A DNA stretch of 64,000 bases, taken from NCBI GenBank assembly GCA_965204735.1, contig OZ242008.1, positions 4,032,001 to 4,096,000 on the forward strand. Reading direction: 5' to 3'. Under the pieces are notes generated by a model, which saw only the letters and a program-made list of their open reading frames with translations, searched no databases and was not told the origin of the DNA. Each line of letters opens with the position of its first letter. Position 1 is the stretch's first letter. The translations under genes and the position numbers were made by a program. Below are positions 59,339-64,000 of the stretch, piece after piece. Origin of the DNA: Longimicrobiales bacterium. GTDB lineage: Bacteria; Gemmatimonadota; Gemmatimonadetes; Longimicrobiales; Gaopeijiaceae.

Positions 59339-59972
59339 CCGCTTCGTCCTCGGGCCAGGGCGTAGGAGAGACCTTCCAGCTCCATCAGCATGCTGACGTT
59401 GCCCAGGGTCACGTCCGGCGGCACCCGCAGCTGGACCGGCGCGAAGTTGAGGATCGCCTTCACGCCCGCCGACACCGCCCGGTCGGCCACCTCCTGCGCG
59501 ACCCGCGCCGGCACCGCCAGGATCACCAGCTCGATCCCGTCTTCCCGCAACGCCTCCTCCATCTCGTCGCCGCTGCGGACCACCACGTCGCCCATCCGAG
59601 CCCCCGCCTTGGCCGGGTCGCTGTCCACCACCGTCGTGATGGCGAAGCCCCGCTTGCGGAACGGCTCGTACTCGAAGAGCGCGGTCCCGATCCGCCCGGC
59701 GCCCACCAGCGCGACCCGCCAAGTGGAGTCGAGCCCCAGCACCCGGCGCAGGACCCGCGTCAGCTCGGGCACGGAGTAGCCCAGTCCCCGCTTCCCGAAC
59801 GACCCCAGGTAGGAGAGGTCCTTCCGCACCTGGGCTGCCGTGGTCCCGCCCCGCTCGGCCAGGGCGGCGCTGGAGACGGTCGCCAGCCCCAGGCGCCCGA
59901 ACTCCTCCAGGAAGCGCAGGTAGAGCGAGAAGCGCCGGACCGTGCCGGCCGGTATCCGCTGGTTCGCCGAGC

Positions 59973-59976
<4 letters not shown>
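59335..59976 (-). CDS. rex: Redox-sensing repressor Rex (probable CTG start)
   Basis: [42 protein letters not shown]. Confidence 0.95.
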
Positions 59977-61592
<1,616 letters not shown>

Positions 61593-61745
61593 CGGTGTTG
61601 GTCCTGGTTGGTCCTGTGTCCGCTGACCGGGTGGTTGGCCAAGGCGGCGCTGGGGCTTCAGGGACACCTGTAAGGTAGCGAGGCCGGGGACGGGCGGGGA
61701 CGGGTGGCAGCCGGAGCTCCAGCCGGCAAATCGGCTCAGCTGGGC

Positions 61746-61920
61746 CTACAGGCGCGCCTTGATCCTCTGCGCCAGTGCATCGAAATCGTCCGGGCATTTC
61801 TGCGGATCACCTGGATGTTTCTCGCAGCTTCTCTGCCCAGGAGCTTGCGCCCGCCCCCTGGGTAGTCGGTCAATGTCGTTCGCGCACCAACGGTACAAAG
61901 TATCTCTCCTTGACGTGGAC
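61746..61920 (-). pseudogene. Twice-frameshifted C-terminal remnant of the ATPase's partner gene
   Basis: EVHVKERYFVPLVRER / LTDYPGGGRKLLGREAARNIQVIR / KCPDDFDALAQRIKARL* across three frames. Confidence 0.6.
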
Positions 61921-63228
61921 TTCTGTCCCCGCTTCCCGCTCGCTTGCACCTTCCCCCAAGAAGACTGCGTCTTCCATCCATCCAGAAGCGTGTAGCGTGC
62001 CCAGTCCTTGCGATTCTCGAAGCTCTCTTGCGTTGGAAAGCTCTGCGACTTGACGGATGACTGCATCGCCCGTGTCCGGTCGCCGACACACGACGGCAGT
62101 GTTCTTGAACGTCTGATTGTTGACCATGGCCAGCAACTCCGGCGAGTGCGTCGTGGTCACGACCTGGGATTCACTCTCGGCAGTCCAGGTTTCGATGAGC
62201 TCCAGCAGAAGACGCAAGCGGGACGGGTGAACGCCGTTGTCGATCTCCTCAAAGAAATACAGGTCCGCCTGATCCCTCCCGAACAAGGCGGCCAGGATGG
62301 CCAGAAAGCGCAACATCCCGTCTGACGCGGAGTAGGCAGAGATGTGTCGGCCGCTTCGCTCCGTTATGCGCAACTGCACCTTGCCGCTCACGGGGTCCCT
62401 CGGGAACTCGAAGTCAGCCACGTCCATCGGCGTCAATTCTCTGCTCCAGTCGACCAATGCGCCTCGGCGATCGGAGTCGTCGCAGATATCCTTCAGCACA
62501 GTCGGCAAGTTGTCGCCCCGGTCTCCGAGCGTCGTCTGTCCAGGCAAGGATGGTATGCGCATACGAGTCGGCGACGGGTCGAGGAAGCGCATGCTGGCGA
62601 ACGAGTCGGCGACCACTTGCGCTTGTGTCTTGTGCAAGCGCAATGCCTTCTTGTGTTCGTGCATCTGCGTCAAGGCCGGTTGATCCGGCCTGGCTTCGAT
62701 TCGATGCCCATATTTCCTCTGCTTCGCAGTCTTTGCCATGCGCAACAGCAAGTGCATCTCGTCGTCTTGCTTCCGTACCGGGTCGGGAGGGGGCGGATGA
62801 CTGTTGTAGACGAAACGCTTCCTGTGCTGGAGAGATTCCTCTGTGACGCGAAACGACCCGGAAGCCTCTTTGCTGCGTATCTTGTACGTGACCTTGCTCT
62901 GCGTCGAGTTCGCGATGCCTGTCGGCAACTGCATCTCCACTTCGAGGGCGAATCCGTTCTCTCCGGCCTCTCCGTCTTGTTCGATCCGCACGACCTCGCC
63001 TAGCGCGCCTCGAATCCCGTCCCACTGGACTTCGCCGCCAGGACCGTACTTGCCGCCAAGAATCTCCGCCAGCGTGTAGCCCCGTCCGAGGCCGTGGAGG
63101 AAACGCAGTGCTTCGCGGATGTTGCTCTTTCCGCTGCCGTTGGTGCCGGCGATGACGGTGAACGGACCCATGCGCAGCCGCTCGTCGGCAAAGCTCTTGA
63201 AGTCCAACAGCCTGATGGACGTGATCAT
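61870..63228 (-). CDS. AAA_21/AAA_15-type (ABC-like) ATPase
   Basis: FKSF, GTNGSGKS, ASDGMLR, FEEIDNGVHP, TTHS; lower GC. Confidence 0.9.
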   Translation of the reverse strand: MITSIRLLDFKSFADERLRMGPFTVIAGTNGSGKSNIREALRFLHGLGRGYTLAEILGGKYGPGGEVQWDGIRGALGEVVRIEQDGEAGENGFALEVEMQLPTGIANSTQSKVTYKIRSKEASGSFRVTEESLQHRKRFVYNSHPPPPDPVRKQDDEMHLLLRMAKTAKQRKYGHRIEARPDQPALTQMHEHKKALRLHKTQAQVVADSFASMRFLDPSPTRMRIPSLPGQTTLGDRGDNLPTVLKDICDDSDRRGALVDWSRELTPMDVADFEFPRDPVSGKVQLRITERSGRHISAYSASDGMLRFLAILAALFGRDQADLYFFEEIDNGVHPSRLRLLLELIETWTAESESQVVTTTHSPELLAMVNNQTFKNTAVVCRRPDTGDAVIRQVAELSNARELRESQGLGTLHASGWMEDAVFLGEGASEREAGTEVHVKERYFVPLVRERH

Positions 63229-63653
63229 GGGGGTGCCGTCTCTGTGCCGATGGACGTCACGTGATCACGGGGCATCTGGGTCCGGGGCCGGATGCCGGGC
63301 CAACGTGGCAAACACCCAGCAGGGACCAGGGCTTGGGCGCAGCAAGTCGTCCATCGGGAGCGGTAGTCATGATGCTCAACAGTAATTGAGCAGTTGCGGG
63401 AAGGCCACCGCCAAGGTTGCCGGCGTCTCCGCGATCGGCGGCGTCTCTGCGATCGGCAGGGGGGAACTTCGGTCAGCTGGCACTGCCCAGTCACCCCAAC
63501 CGGGCCAGTTGCAGCCTCGTCCGGGTCGAACCCTGAAGCCCGAATCGACTGTTGTTCTGGCGACTCGAGGAGTGCGGTGTCCAGGCTCTTGACTTGACAG
63601 GACTTGACATTCTGTCGCTGTCCTGCGATACATTAGTATTATGCTCCTTCCTG

Positions 63654-63673
63654 CCCCCCCCCCCCCCCCCCCC
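63654..63673 (+). repeat. C20 homopolymer tract
   Basis: 20 consecutive C. Confidence 0.9.
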
Positions 63674-63674
63674 G

Positions 63675-64000
63675 AGAATTGAGGGAGGCCGTCTTCCGGC
63701 CATAGGGCGTCCGCCCTCCGGTAGCCAAACGGCTGCCCGCAACGAGGTCGGCGTTCGGGAGATATCCGCTCGCGCCGAGGAGCACGAACACCTTCCCCAC
63801 ATCGTCAAGTTCTCCGGGGGACGGTCGTCGGCCGCACTGGCGTTTCTGCTGGCCGAGTCGGGGCTGCTACGGCCCGAGCGGGGCGACGCGATTCTTTTCG
63901 CGAACACGTCAGCGGAGCACCCGGCCACCTACGAGTTCGCCCGGGAGTGCAAGCGCAGCCTCGAGCACGACTTCGGCATCCCGTTCTTCTGGTTCGAGTT
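63675..64000 (+). CDS. PAPS-reductase / adenine-nucleotide alpha-hydrolase family protein (5' part; start unresolved, runs off the window)
   Basis: read by hand: PHIVKFSGGRSSAAL...ILFANTSAEHPATYEF...GIPFFWFE (PP-loop SGG.SS). Confidence 0.8.

Overview
High-GC bacterial chromosomal window. The gene repertoire (PIG-L/NEW3 protein, carboxypeptidase-regulatory/TonB proteins, Gld-type ABC module, QHNDH cluster) suggests Gemmatimonadota, which is an inference. In order: a non-canonical paa-like diiron cluster, pfkA, a BMP-type ABC importer plus PIG-L deacetylase, an NSS transporter, a LeuD-LeuC-like fused hydro-lyase, tRNA-Val/tRNA-Glu, and a ~17 kb coupled run of qhpG-A-D-C-B-F (no qhpE) continuing into a sulfotransferase, a PQQ dehydrogenase, two GT-C paralogues and two SGNH paralogues. 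Then a Tat-signal aminotransferase, an aquaporin, a GMC oxidoreductase module, a Gld-like ABC exporter, a TonB-dependent receptor, an orphan zinc-free rpsN and ahcY-rex-dnaQ-like. Scattered lower-GC inserts include two paralogous UvrD helicases, three AAA_14/DUF4143 copies in different states of decay, an AAA_21 ATPase with a partner remnant and a PAPS-reductase-family gene behind a C20 tract. The most unusual signal is that intra-operon gaps, often made by short duplications of the gene junction, are spanned by mini-ORFs NTGA-coupled at both ends (a possible translational relay), with apparent CTG starts at CTGA overlaps. No CRISPR array, rRNA, integrase or transposase was seen. Family calls come from motif recognition, not database searches.
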